Positions 8,341 to 17,210 are shown, numbered from the stretch's first letter. The stretch is DNA of 43,525 bases from a virus (IMGVR_UViG_3300032608_000646:1-43525), one strand, 5' to 3'. Notes: a model not told the origin generated them from the letters alone. Translations and numbers: made by a program.

Positions 8341-9554
8341 TTATTGACGCATTGAAAGCTAAAATTAAAGACCATTTAGATATTAACAGTTTAAAAGATG
8401 ACAACACAATACTTGTTGTGACAGGCTATAGCGCTACTCAGTTTAGCTATTTTCAAGTAAAGGTTAAAGATTTTGATAATTTTGATTTTTCGAAAGTAGG
8501 GGAAGAATATTTAATGAAATATCATAAAAGTGAGATAGCGGACGCACTTCATTTTCCAATAAAAAATTCTGAAGTAAATGGTGTTGTCCTTTTTTTAGCA
8601 GTAAGCACTATTACTAATGGGCTGACAATAGTGATGCGAGAAGCTAGTCGAGTAGCAAGGGTTGGTGCGAGAATAGTTATTTGTGAAGAAGTAGCGCCTA
8701 GTGCACGCCTTCATTCAGAATTTACAATGCTTCATAATTTAACTACTAATAAATTATTATTTAATTATGACATGGTTCATTTTATGATGGTTGGGTTAGA
8801 TTCATTTAAATGGGAGCATTATGTTTTAACTAACCGTTCTATTGCTGAATATGCTGATTCTTCTGAAGAAGTTGGAAGATACTGCGACTTATTTTTAAAT
8901 AGATTAAGTGGAGCACTATTAAGGGGGATGCAGTTTAATGACAATAAAGGCAATTTATTTGTTAGCAGGAATATTCTTATAGCTTCGGCAAAATTTTTTA
9001 ATAGTGAAGGTTATCTTAACATGGGTTGGTGGGATGGTCCAGATAGATTTAGAAAAGTCAACAGAAATGTTATTTCTGCTATTCAGAGAGATGTTTTTTA
9101 TAAAATGGTTCTTTTTTTAGCGCCAGGAAAAGAAGGTTGGGATATGGGAGGCCCTGGATGTGAGGTAATGGGTGTAAGAGTTAAAGGCCTTAATATTGAA
9201 GGGGGTAGAGACTTAACAGCAGACGCGAGCAATACACCTTTTGAAGATAACTCTATTGATTTTATTATTAGCGCGCATGCTATTGAGCATATAAAAAATA
9301 CTCGAAAATTATTTCAGGAGTGGCAGAGGATCTTAAAGCCAGGAGGTATTATAGGATTTATTATGCCTAATGTACAATATTTTGTGCATAACCCAGCCGC
9401 AGGAACAGCTGATAAGGATTTAGCGCCTTCTGAGATGACTCCAGGCCAATGCCGTGAAATAATAGAGATGGAAGCTCCGAATTTAGAGATATTAATGTTT
9501 AATACTTTTCAAAATAATTTTGAGTTTGAGGGTTTGTTAAGGAAGAAATGTTAG
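8337..9554 (+). CDS. two-domain SAM methyltransferase (degenerate N-terminal + Methyltransf_11-like C-terminal domain)
   Basis: C-term DMGGPG, PFEDNSIDFIISAHAIEH, EWQRILKPGG; N-term ADALHFPIKNSEVNGV and EASRVARVGARIVI. Confidence 0.8.
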   Translation: MIIDALKAKIKDHLDINSLKDDNTILVVTGYSATQFSYFQVKVKDFDNFDFSKVGEEYLMKYHKSEIADALHFPIKNSEVNGVVLFLAVSTITNGLTIVMREASRVARVGARIVICEEVAPSARLHSEFTMLHNLTTNKLLFNYDMVHFMMVGLDSFKWEHYVLTNRSIAEYADSSEEVGRYCDLFLNRLSGALLRGMQFNDNKGNLFVSRNILIASAKFFNSEGYLNMGWWDGPDRFRKVNRNVISAIQRDVFYKMVLFLAPGKEGWDMGGPGCEVMGVRVKGLNIEGGRDLTADASNTPFEDNSIDFIISAHAIEHIKNTRKLFQEWQRILKPGGIIGFIMPNVQYFVHNPAAGTADKDLAPSEMTPGQCREIIEMEAPNLEILMFNTFQNNFEFEGLLRKKC

Positions 9555-9763
9555 ATAGGGACCAAATGTATGTTGATTTATTAAAGAAATCAATGGGTAA
9601 CAAGCCTATTATTAAGAGGTATTCACCTAGGCATAAAATTTGTGGGTATTGCCCCGATCGCTTAAAGTGTGTTACAAATAGTGTTAAAGGATGTTTAACT
9701 AGAAAAAAGGTTGATAAAGAGATGAATAATACTAAGCGATTCTTTAGAACATTATTCAAATAG
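9548..9763 (+). CDS. small basic protein with three-Cys motif
   Basis: CGYCPDRLKCVT. Confidence 0.6.
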   Translation: MLDRDQMYVDLLKKSMGNKPIIKRYSPRHKICGYCPDRLKCVTNSVKGCLTRKKVDKEMNNTKRFFRTLFK

Positions 9764-9777
9764 AAAGGAGGGCTAAT

Positions 9778-9936
9778 ATGAAGAAAGTCAAGGGACAGAT
9801 TGAATGGGAAAAGAAGCTTCGTAATGTGCAACATCCGCAGATTCATCTTCAAGATTGTATCAAAGAAAACAGGGATGTCATTGAAATACTGTTAAAGGAA
9901 ATAGCTAAACTAAAGCGTAGTTTAGAAATTAAATAA
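9778..9936 (+). CDS. small coiled-coil protein (52 aa, not in track)
   Basis: AGGAGG RBS; MKKVKGQIEW...LKEIAKLKRSLEIK. Confidence 0.55.
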   Translation: MKKVKGQIEWEKKLRNVQHPQIHLQDCIKENRDVIEILLKEIAKLKRSLEIK

Positions 9937-9947
9937 GGAGGTTTATA

Positions 9948-10160
9948 ATGCCTCAAGTATCTGGAGGGCCAAAAGGACTAAATTCTTTACTTGAATCAGC
10001 CTATAGTAGTTGTATGGCTACAAGTAAGGATAAAGAAAAATGTTCTAAAGTGGCATGGTCAGCAGCCAAAAATGCTGGCTGGCACAAAGGCAAAGATGGC
10101 AAGTGGCGTAAGAAAGATTTAGGTAAAACATTTGGATTTAAGCCTAGAGCTGAAGCTTAA
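9948..10160 (+). CDS. ChaB-like protein
   Basis: AY...SKVAWSAAKNAGWHKGKDGKW resembles the ChaB AW.AVK...K..dG.W signature; AAGGAGG RBS. Confidence 0.65.
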   Translation: MPQVSGGPKGLNSLLESAYSSCMATSKDKEKCSKVAWSAAKNAGWHKGKDGKWRKKDLGKTFGFKPRAEA

Positions 10161-10345
10161 TGTTTGTGTTTTGTAAATTCATAGACAGAGTATGCGCTTG
10201 CGCTACAATATCCGATGGAGATACATATTGTGGCATGTCAATAGGTACTAAACTTGATAACATGGTCTCTAATTTAAAAGAATGCCCGAGGTTGGTGAAT
10301 AAAGAACATGGAGAGAAAAAAAGAAAACATAAAGAACTTAAATGA
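10160..10345 (+). CDS. small Cys-rich protein
   Basis: Five Cys; TAATG coupling. Confidence 0.55.
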   Translation: MFVFCKFIDRVCACATISDGDTYCGMSIGTKLDNMVSNLKECPRLVNKEHGEKKRKHKELK

Positions 10346-10793
10346 AATGGCTAGGGAGCTTGATATCCATCCAGCTACATTAAGAGGGTGGGCGCGGATG
10401 AGGATGCTGCCTTTTTACAGGATTGGTAAAAAATATTTCTTTGATCCTGACGAAATAAAGGCAGCTTCACATTCTGGGAATTCTAATGCTCATAAGATAG
10501 ATAAGATTTCATCTGAGCATAATGGTATCGCTATTTCTAATGGTTATGTTCAGATTTATGTTGGTCAAGACTCATTGGCCAACAAAGCAGGTTACGTACC
10601 TTTGCATAGACTTATTATGCAAGCGAAGCTTAAAAAGGAATTGAATGGAGAAGAAGTAGTGCATCATAAGAATGGGGATACTTTAGATAATAGGGTTGCC
10701 AATTTGGAAGTTTTTAAATCTCTCGGTAAACATAACTCAGAGAAAAAATTCCAAAGAGAGGATAGGGTGAATGATAAACAAGTGGCAGTGTGA
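10308..10793 (+). CDS. excisionase-like HTH fused to HNH endonuclease
   Basis: EMARELDIHPATLRGW...LPFYRIGKKYFF; GYVPLHRLIM...VVHHKNGDTLDNRVANL. Confidence 0.85.
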   Translation: MERKKENIKNLNEMARELDIHPATLRGWARMRMLPFYRIGKKYFFDPDEIKAASHSGNSNAHKIDKISSEHNGIAISNGYVQIYVGQDSLANKAGYVPLHRLIMQAKLKKELNGEEVVHHKNGDTLDNRVANLEVFKSLGKHNSEKKFQREDRVNDKQVAV

Positions 10794-10911
10794 TCATAAG
10801 TATAAGATTATTAGTACCTGTAAATTAGATCATTTAAATGAGATACAGCGTAAAAATGTTTATAATGTGACGATAATATAAAGGTAGTGACAGAAAGGAG
10901 AACTAAAAGAG

Positions 10912-11193
10912 ATGAGCGAACGACCTTTTAAATGTCCTGTTTGTAAATCAGAGCAGGCGCAATTTATGAACAGGTTGAAAAGCGGCAGGAAGATTTTTAC
11001 TTCTTATATAATGGATATCTATAATCCTTTATATAATGAAAGAGTTCTTGTACAAGCTTGTTCGCAGTGTGGGACATTGAGAGCTACTAAATTAAATATT
11101 ATGGATTCTGACTCTGACCCAAAACAGAAGGCAGTTACAGCGAGTCTTCTTGGGACAGACGAGCCTGTTATAAAAAAGGAGAATGTAGAATGA
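10912..11193 (+). CDS. Zn-ribbon protein
   Basis: CPVC...CSQCG; AAGGAG RBS. Confidence 0.65.
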   Translation: MSERPFKCPVCKSEQAQFMNRLKSGRKIFTSYIMDIYNPLYNERVLVQACSQCGTLRATKLNIMDSDSDPKQKAVTASLLGTDEPVIKKENVE

Positions 11194-11363
11194 TAGAATA
11201 TATTACTATTAAAAAAGCGGCAGAAATAAAATGTTCTTTTAGAGGGACAACTAATTGCCTTACAGGAGAATGCATGCAGTGGTGTTATAAAAAAATGGAT
11301 CCTAAGTTGGGGTGTTGCTTAATTAGAGCAGCTTTAAAAAAATACATAGAGGAGATAAACTGA
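11190..11363 (+). CDS. small Cys-rich protein (57 aa, not in track)
   Basis: KCSF...NCLTGECMQW...GCC; coupled at both ends. Confidence 0.55.
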   Translation: MIEYITIKKAAEIKCSFRGTTNCLTGECMQWCYKKMDPKLGCCLIRAALKKYIEEIN

Positions 11364-11764
11364 TGAGTAAATTAAGGATCAGGCCAGTAAACGAAAGGAT
11401 TATCGTTAAGCCCAAAGCAATAGAAAATCAGACTAAAGGTGGCATCCTTATCCCTGGTACTGTAAGAGATAGGATAGACAAGGAAAAGCCCGAGGTAGGT
11501 TATATTATGGCTATTGATAAGACAAGCAAAGAACCAAAGTTTCTAGTCGGGCAAAAAATAGTTTTTAATAAATTTGCTACCACTGAGATAACTTGTCAGG
11601 GGCAAAAATATTTAATTATGTTGGAGTCCAGTGTATTAGGAATTTTTACTGAGATATCTGAAGATGAGCAAAAACAAATTGAAGACGACTTTAACGAAAA
11701 AGCTGATAATGAGGAAGTGAGGTTAAAGAAAGAGTTTTCTTCTACAGGAGTACCTGTTATATGA
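11363..11764 (+). CDS. groES: GroES/Cpn10 co-chaperonin with C-terminal extension
   Basis: IRPVNERIIVK, TKGGILIP mobile loop, KEKP, VGQKIVFNKF, YLIMLESSVLG. Confidence 0.9.
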   Translation: MSKLRIRPVNERIIVKPKAIENQTKGGILIPGTVRDRIDKEKPEVGYIMAIDKTSKEPKFLVGQKIVFNKFATTEITCQGQKYLIMLESSVLGIFTEISEDEQKQIEDDFNEKADNEEVRLKKEFSSTGVPVI

Positions 11765-11997
11765 GTGATGAGTACTTCGCGTTAGATGATAAGGGTAAGC
11801 CAATACATCTTTCGGATGAAGCGGTTTATCAGATTAAACTTGAATATGTATTAAAACATTTAGGTGATGAATCTGATATTCAAACTTGTGTAATTTGCGC
11901 AAAAGAATTTGTAGCAACTGTTCAACGGGAATATTTGCCCGTTTGTAGTTCTGTGGAGTGCAATTATGATTGGCTTAAAAGGTACGGATCTAAGTAA
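11761..11997 (+). CDS. Zn-finger hypothetical protein
   Basis: CVICAKEF...CSSVEC. Confidence 0.6.
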   Translation: MSDEYFALDDKGKPIHLSDEAVYQIKLEYVLKHLGDESDIQTCVICAKEFVATVQREYLPVCSSVECNYDWLKRYGSK

Positions 11998-12361
11998 ATT
12001 AGGAGTAGAGGGTTACTGGATTTGCAGGCGCCCTTATAAGAAGCCTTGCGAATGGCGCAATAGCTTAAACAGGTGTACCATCTTAAGCAGGGAAAAACCT
12101 TGCGTAGATGAAGAAAAGGAGGCTATAATGGCTGAGGAGCAGAAAGTAAGAGAAGACGCTATAAAAAAAGAAAGAGGAATTATAATTGAGGGACAGATAA
12201 AGCAAATTGGTGCTATTATCGAATCTGTTAATACTTTGATGAATGAATGTATTGATGGAGATGCGGTAGAGCATCTTGCTAATGTTGTAGCAAGATCACT
12301 TAAGGCTAAGATTGCTTTAAAACTTTATATTGATAAAAAAATAAAAGGGATATATATATGA
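11966..12361 (+). CDS. hypothetical protein (Cys-rich N-terminus, helical C-terminus)
   Basis: In-frame ATG at 12128 preceded by AAGGAGG may be the true or a second start. Confidence 0.55.
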   Translation: MIGLKGTDLSKLGVEGYWICRRPYKKPCEWRNSLNRCTILSREKPCVDEEKEAIMAEEQKVREDAIKKERGIIIEGQIKQIGAIIESVNTLMNECIDGDAVEHLANVVARSLKAKIALKLYIDKKIKGIYI

Positions 12362-12582
12362 ATTGTAATTATTGTGACCATTGGAAAGAAGACCCTGCAT
12401 TAAAAGGAAAGGCTTTTTCATGCAAGGCTGATTTAAAAGAAATAATGGATAGTTCTTGCTTGATGAAACATCTTCTAGTCATTATGGGGTCTCTTTTGAC
12501 TTTTATGCAGGCTGATAGCGCGGAAAGAGCTAGATTAAAAAAACAACTAGAAGACTTTATGGAGAAAAGCAAAAATGGATAG
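12358..12582 (+). CDS. hypothetical protein
   Basis: CNYC N-terminus; coupled ORF. Confidence 0.55.
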   Translation: MNCNYCDHWKEDPALKGKAFSCKADLKEIMDSSCLMKHLLVIMGSLLTFMQADSAERARLKKQLEDFMEKSKNG

Positions 12583-13468
12583 CGACGCAGGTATTAGTAA
12601 TAAAGAAGAAGAGTTCGACTTAGCTAAAGAATTTAATAACTTGCCAGTTGATAGGTTTCACAAAAAAGAACCACCTCCAAAAGAAGTACCTATTACAGAA
12701 CAAGAGTTGGCTGATGCGGAAGCCTCTGTTAAAAAAATTACGGGTTTATCAGAGACAGATCTCGAAAATCTTACCGCGGATGGCCCTAAAAAAAGTTATT
12801 TGTATGATATTTTTAGCGCTGATTTTGATAAATACAAATCTCTTTTTCATGTTAAACAGATTAGGGAGGACTACCTTAAAAAGGGTTATCCACCGGGTCC
12901 AACCCTTGATATATTTATCTTCATGAGTGCTGTGTCACGAAGATATCAGATTTTATATCAACGCAGACATAAGCAGCTTTCAGAAGCCAATGACACTAGG
13001 CCTGAAGATTTCAGGGTAATTAAAGAGATAGAAAATATTGCTGAGAAGATGGCGCGTTTACAAGTAGCGCTAGATGAACAGAGGGAGAAGCTTTACGCTG
13101 GCCTTGATATCCAGCATCTACATCAAAAGGAAATTGAAGAAAATTCCGCTTGGGTGCAAGCCCATATCGGTGAATTCTCATTCCGCTGTAAAAAATGCGA
13201 CGCTATTATTTCATCAGGGGGGATTCCAAGCTGGGGAATACAGTATGTTAAAAAAGGCGGGGAAGTTGGTTATCATATTTGGAATCCTCAAATGGCACAG
13301 GCTATTAAAAAAGGTTTGTTACAGCCATACCTGATGGCCTTTTTCTTAGATACTTCCATTGAAGGTTTATTATTTACTGCTGAGGAACGCAGTGAAAAAC
13401 TTCCTGAATTTGATATTAGAGCAGAGGAAGAAAAATTAAAAAAGTTATTGCTGGGGTTTGAAAAATGA
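12575..13468 (+). CDS. hypothetical protein, candidate terminase small subunit
   Basis: Immediately upstream of and ATGA-coupled to TerL, with a central coiled coil; positional inference only. Confidence 0.4.
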   Translation: MDSDAGISNKEEEFDLAKEFNNLPVDRFHKKEPPPKEVPITEQELADAEASVKKITGLSETDLENLTADGPKKSYLYDIFSADFDKYKSLFHVKQIREDYLKKGYPPGPTLDIFIFMSAVSRRYQILYQRRHKQLSEANDTRPEDFRVIKEIENIAEKMARLQVALDEQREKLYAGLDIQHLHQKEIEENSAWVQAHIGEFSFRCKKCDAIISSGGIPSWGIQYVKKGGEVGYHIWNPQMAQAIKKGLLQPYLMAFFLDTSIEGLLFTAEERSEKLPEFDIRAEEEKLKKLLLGFEK

Positions 13469-15060
13469 GAAAAACGACACCTCAAGAAAAAAGATTACTT
13501 AATCATTTCTTGATGAATGATCCTATAATGTTTCGTGATCGTTATATTGGAATCGCGACTGGTAAGTATTACAAGACTCGTTTATATCAGATTGCGCCTG
13601 CTCTCGTAGATGACTTAGTTTGCTTGGGAGGAAGGAGCGTCGGCAAATCCTACGACTTAGAATTTTCTATTACCCAAACGGCTTTGAATCACCCCAATGA
13701 TGAGTCATTATTAACTGCTTTTAGAAAGACTCACATTAAAGACAGGCTTGAGAATGTGATCTCTTATTTTCATAACGTCCCATATTTCAAGCTATTTTAT
13801 AAAGGTTCTGGCAGAACTGCGAAAGCATCTGTTTCCAGAACTCCTATTTATCAGATATCTTTAAGAAATGGCCATACTATTGTAGGGATATCTATTGGCG
13901 ATGACCCTAATGCTGTTATGATTCAAGGGCATCATCCTCAATGGCGATATGGGGAGGAATTTCAATTTTATCCCGCGCCCGCTTGGGTAAAATGGCAGTC
14001 AACAGTAGATCCTAAAGGAACTGTTGATAGGTATTATGGAACCGTCGATGGCCGAATCGGGTCACCATTTAGAAAACTTGATACTACTATCGATAAGTTT
14101 AAAGGAAAACGATTTCACTTACAAAGATTATTAGAACCACATTTTGACCAAGATACCAAAAGAATCTTGATAGAGTCACTTGGTGGTGAAACTTCTAATG
14201 AATATTTACAGCAATGTTTAGCGCGATGGGGGGAGCCGATTTGGGGAGTATGGGATGAAGCCGCGATTCAAAGAAACTTAGATAAAAAAGAAAATACTTT
14301 ATACCCTGGATTACCTGAAAACAATATAAAAGTAATAAATATTAGCGCTAAAGACTATAAGGACTTAACTGCTGTGCAGGCATTACATGATTTGCCTTCA
14401 TTACCAGAATCTGATTGTGAAGTTATTTTAGGAATAGACGCTGGTTATACTCAACCAACTGTTATTCTGCCATTTTTCAGGTATAACAATAAATGGCAAT
14501 TACATACTAGAGTTATGTTAATTAATAAGGTTATATCTGACGATCAAGCTGAAATAATAGATGCTGTCGCGGATTTTTACAATGCGACTCTTATAGGTAT
14601 AGATTGCACTTCCGCGGAAGGACGTGCGCCAGCTACTACTTTAACTAATCTTAAGAATACAAAATATACTGGTAAAAATTATGGAGAAAGAGTGGTGATG
14701 GTTAATTTTAATACTAAATTTACTATAGGTTATAAAGCTGATGGTGACGAAATAGAAGAAAAAATGAAAGGCGCTACTACAATTACTTTATATAAAATGT
14801 TTGAAAGGGAGTCTTTTAACCTTTATAATGATGAGGATCTATTAGTTGAGTTTAATCAAGAATCTAAGAAGAAATCAGCGAGCGGTGAAATAGTTATAGC
14901 TACTCCTGATACAATTCATATTCCCGACGCGTTTAGGTGTTTTGCGGGAGCTTATCTTGAAAAATATGGGCAGGTAGAAAGGCCAAAGAAAAAGAGGCGT
15001 TATGAGTGGACGTATCCGAGTCACGAAGACATCGGCATTGATTTATTCGGCCGGCGATAG
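13465..15060 (+). CDS. terL: terminase large subunit
   Basis: RLYQ adenine motif, Walker A GGRSVGKS, YGEE at Walker B position, RNase H-like nuclease ILGIDAG / IGIDCT / HIPDAFR. Confidence 0.85.
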   Translation: MRKTTPQEKRLLNHFLMNDPIMFRDRYIGIATGKYYKTRLYQIAPALVDDLVCLGGRSVGKSYDLEFSITQTALNHPNDESLLTAFRKTHIKDRLENVISYFHNVPYFKLFYKGSGRTAKASVSRTPIYQISLRNGHTIVGISIGDDPNAVMIQGHHPQWRYGEEFQFYPAPAWVKWQSTVDPKGTVDRYYGTVDGRIGSPFRKLDTTIDKFKGKRFHLQRLLEPHFDQDTKRILIESLGGETSNEYLQQCLARWGEPIWGVWDEAAIQRNLDKKENTLYPGLPENNIKVINISAKDYKDLTAVQALHDLPSLPESDCEVILGIDAGYTQPTVILPFFRYNNKWQLHTRVMLINKVISDDQAEIIDAVADFYNATLIGIDCTSAEGRAPATTLTNLKNTKYTGKNYGERVVMVNFNTKFTIGYKADGDEIEEKMKGATTITLYKMFERESFNLYNDEDLLVEFNQESKKKSASGEIVIATPDTIHIPDAFRCFAGAYLEKYGQVERPKKKRRYEWTYPSHEDIGIDLFGRR

Positions 15061-15262
15061 TGGTGCAGGTCAGATACAATTATCTAAAGGCGCTATTTTA
15101 CAAGCTTTAGTTACTTCATTTGGCATTAAAAATGGAGAGATATCAATCAAAGTGGCTGATGGGGTACCTGTTTCTATAAATGGGACAGTCGTATTTAGAA
15201 GAGGTAAAGACGAAATAGATATGGATGGATGTCATTTTGTATATGAAGAAAAAGAAGAATGA
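15002..15262 (+). CDS. small hypothetical protein, weakly YezD/DUF2292-like
   Basis: KNGEISIKVADGVPVSI beta-hairpin pattern; start uncertain. Confidence 0.4.
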   Translation: MSGRIRVTKTSALIYSAGDSGAGQIQLSKGAILQALVTSFGIKNGEISIKVADGVPVSINGTVVFRRGKDEIDMDGCHFVYEEKEE

Positions 15263-15293
15263 CGCAGTTTCAAGTACGAAAAGACAGTTTGCG

Positions 15294-15322
15294 TTGACAA
15301 AATATAATTTGTAATGTATACT
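15294..15322 (+). promoter_or_regulatory. sigma70-type promoter for the head/tail operon
   Basis: TTGACA (15294-15299), 17-nt spacer, TATACT (15317-15322). Confidence 0.8.
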
Positions 15323-15331
15323 ATATATTAA

Positions 15332-15405
15332 AGATAGGACTCTATTGATATTGATCGGCTCCCAGCCGAAGGTATCGAGTTTATCTGGTGCTATGATACT
15401 TCATA
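15332..15405 (+). promoter_or_regulatory. structured 5' leader
   Basis: AGATA/TATCT outer stem (15332-15386), inner TCGGCT-ccc-AGCCGA (15355-15369), small TATGA/TCATA hairpin (15392-15405). Confidence 0.5.
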
Positions 15406-15448
15406 AGCCAGGCATGATGTTTTCTGTCATAACCTGGTTTTTTTATTT
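15405..15448 (+). terminator. intrinsic terminator/attenuator just before the portal RBS
   Basis: AAGCCAGG...CCTGGTTT stem with inner ATGAT/GTCAT, followed by a T-tract, then GGAGG RBS. Confidence 0.6.
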
Positions 15449-15457
15449 GGAGGATTC

Positions 15458-17197
15458 ATGGCCACTCGTAAGAAGATTAAGAAGGAGATGTCCTCTAACA
15501 ACAATGGACATCGCCCTGAACTTTTCAAATCTATATCCCAACGAAAAATTTTATATGGCCCAATGACTCCTGAAGACGAGGCCGCGGAGTTTACAAAAAC
15601 CTCGCGTACAGATTATGGGCGCCCTATTGACCTTCGTATCCCAAGAGGCTATCATGCGCAAGTACAAAAGTCATGGCAAATATACGAAGCCGATAGGCTT
15701 TTTAGATATTTAATAGATCGCTGTATTGATTTTGGAGTCAACGGGTTTGAGTGGGAGCTTCCTTTTATTGATAAGCCTAGCGTATGGACTAAAATAAGTA
15801 CTTTGATGGGTGCGGAAAAAAGTGGTTTCAAAAAAATAATGAAGGAAAAAAAGGTTTGGGATACATGGGCATCGCAGATTAATCGTGATGCGGCTAATGT
15901 TATTCCTGGTATTGATGAAATAAATAAGTGGATAATGAAAAACCTGCTTCTTTGTGGTATGGCTCCTATGGAGTGGGAATGGGAGAAAGTAACAATTGAT
16001 AAAGTTGAATACACCTTACCTGTAAGATTTACTATGTATAATGCTTTGTCAACTTTATTGCGTAGAGAGAATACTGGTTTTATAAATGAGCAGGCGTTTG
16101 TAAAAATTAGTAATACTACAAAAATAATAACAGAGGGAAATAAAACTGTCAACCAGATTAATACTTTATTCACTGCTATGGTTAATGACAGTTCAAATTT
16201 TCATGAAATACCACTGCTCGGCAGGCCGAATAAGAAAAAAGGCACTCAGGGATTTGTACTAAAATATAACTGGTCTCCTGGAGATAACACTTGTTTAGTC
16301 CAGGGCGCTACTACACAGGTAGGACAGGGGTTATATCCTACGCCTCCTTTTGTAGGGCTGTATGAGCAAATGATTTTGAGAAGGCAGCTTAATGCGGCTG
16401 ATGTCTGCATAGCTGATGGTATTATAAATTATATCATTGACTGGGAAGTTGGAAATGATGCTAAAGACGCGGATGGAAATCTGGTAAATCAGCCACAGCC
16501 TGCAAAATATGATTCAGCAGGTCAGAAAATAGAAAAATCTACTTCAGAACAGATTCAAGAGATGATTACTCAGGATACACGCGCGAATGTAATGCAGCTG
16601 ATACATCCTTATTATTATAAACTGAAGATCATAACACCTCCAATTGATTCATTAATTAATCCTGGTAAGTATACTCAAACTATTGTTGAAACATTAATGG
16701 CCTTTGGAATATTCTTGTCTCCTACAGATAGACGAGTGGATTTTACGAATATCAATGTGGCTAATTTTGAACAGATGCTTGATAATATTAGAAGTTTTCA
16801 TATTCGAAGATTTTGGGAGTCCTTGTGCGTCGAAATTGTTAAAAGAAATGAGGGTAAGCTTAATGTGTTACCCAATATGATGTTCAATACATTAAATACG
16901 CAGACTGACAATTTTAGAGCTTCATTGTTGAATCTAGCTAAGATTGGAAAGGTTTCTGCTGAATCATTATTACAAGCTCACAAAATTGATAAAAATACAG
17001 AACTATTAAGAATAGCAAAAGAAATAGGGACAGGTGAAAAGGAATTAATGGATTCTAATGTACCAGTTAGTTTTAAACAAACTGTTTCAGAGGATGGGAA
17101 GCCTAATTCAGATGGGAAAGAGGAAGGGGCAGAACATAGTCGTTCTGCAAATGCTGAAGGTGGTAGGCCTAAAAAAACTGGAAAAGTAAAGACGTAG
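15458..17197 (+). CDS. portal protein (putative)
   Basis: 579 aa between TerL and protease; helical, low-complexity charged C-terminus ending GGRPK, a common portal ending. Confidence 0.7.
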   Translation: MATRKKIKKEMSSNNNGHRPELFKSISQRKILYGPMTPEDEAAEFTKTSRTDYGRPIDLRIPRGYHAQVQKSWQIYEADRLFRYLIDRCIDFGVNGFEWELPFIDKPSVWTKISTLMGAEKSGFKKIMKEKKVWDTWASQINRDAANVIPGIDEINKWIMKNLLLCGMAPMEWEWEKVTIDKVEYTLPVRFTMYNALSTLLRRENTGFINEQAFVKISNTTKIITEGNKTVNQINTLFTAMVNDSSNFHEIPLLGRPNKKKGTQGFVLKYNWSPGDNTCLVQGATTQVGQGLYPTPPFVGLYEQMILRRQLNAADVCIADGIINYIIDWEVGNDAKDADGNLVNQPQPAKYDSAGQKIEKSTSEQIQEMITQDTRANVMQLIHPYYYKLKIITPPIDSLINPGKYTQTIVETLMAFGIFLSPTDRRVDFTNINVANFEQMLDNIRSFHIRRFWESLCVEIVKRNEGKLNVLPNMMFNTLNTQTDNFRASLLNLAKIGKVSAESLLQAHKIDKNTELLRIAKEIGTGEKELMDSNVPVSFKQTVSEDGKPNSDGKEEGAEHSRSANAEGGRPKKTGKVKT

Positions 17198-17210
17198 GAG
17201 GTGAGGATTA

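Noticed and set aside
10794-10911. Promoter around TATAAT at 10861
   Set aside because: No convincing -35 or correctly spaced extended -10 in AT-rich DNA.
15345-15566. 73-aa ORF across the leader
   Set aside because: TTG start without a convincing RBS; overlaps the structured leader and the portal start in another frame.
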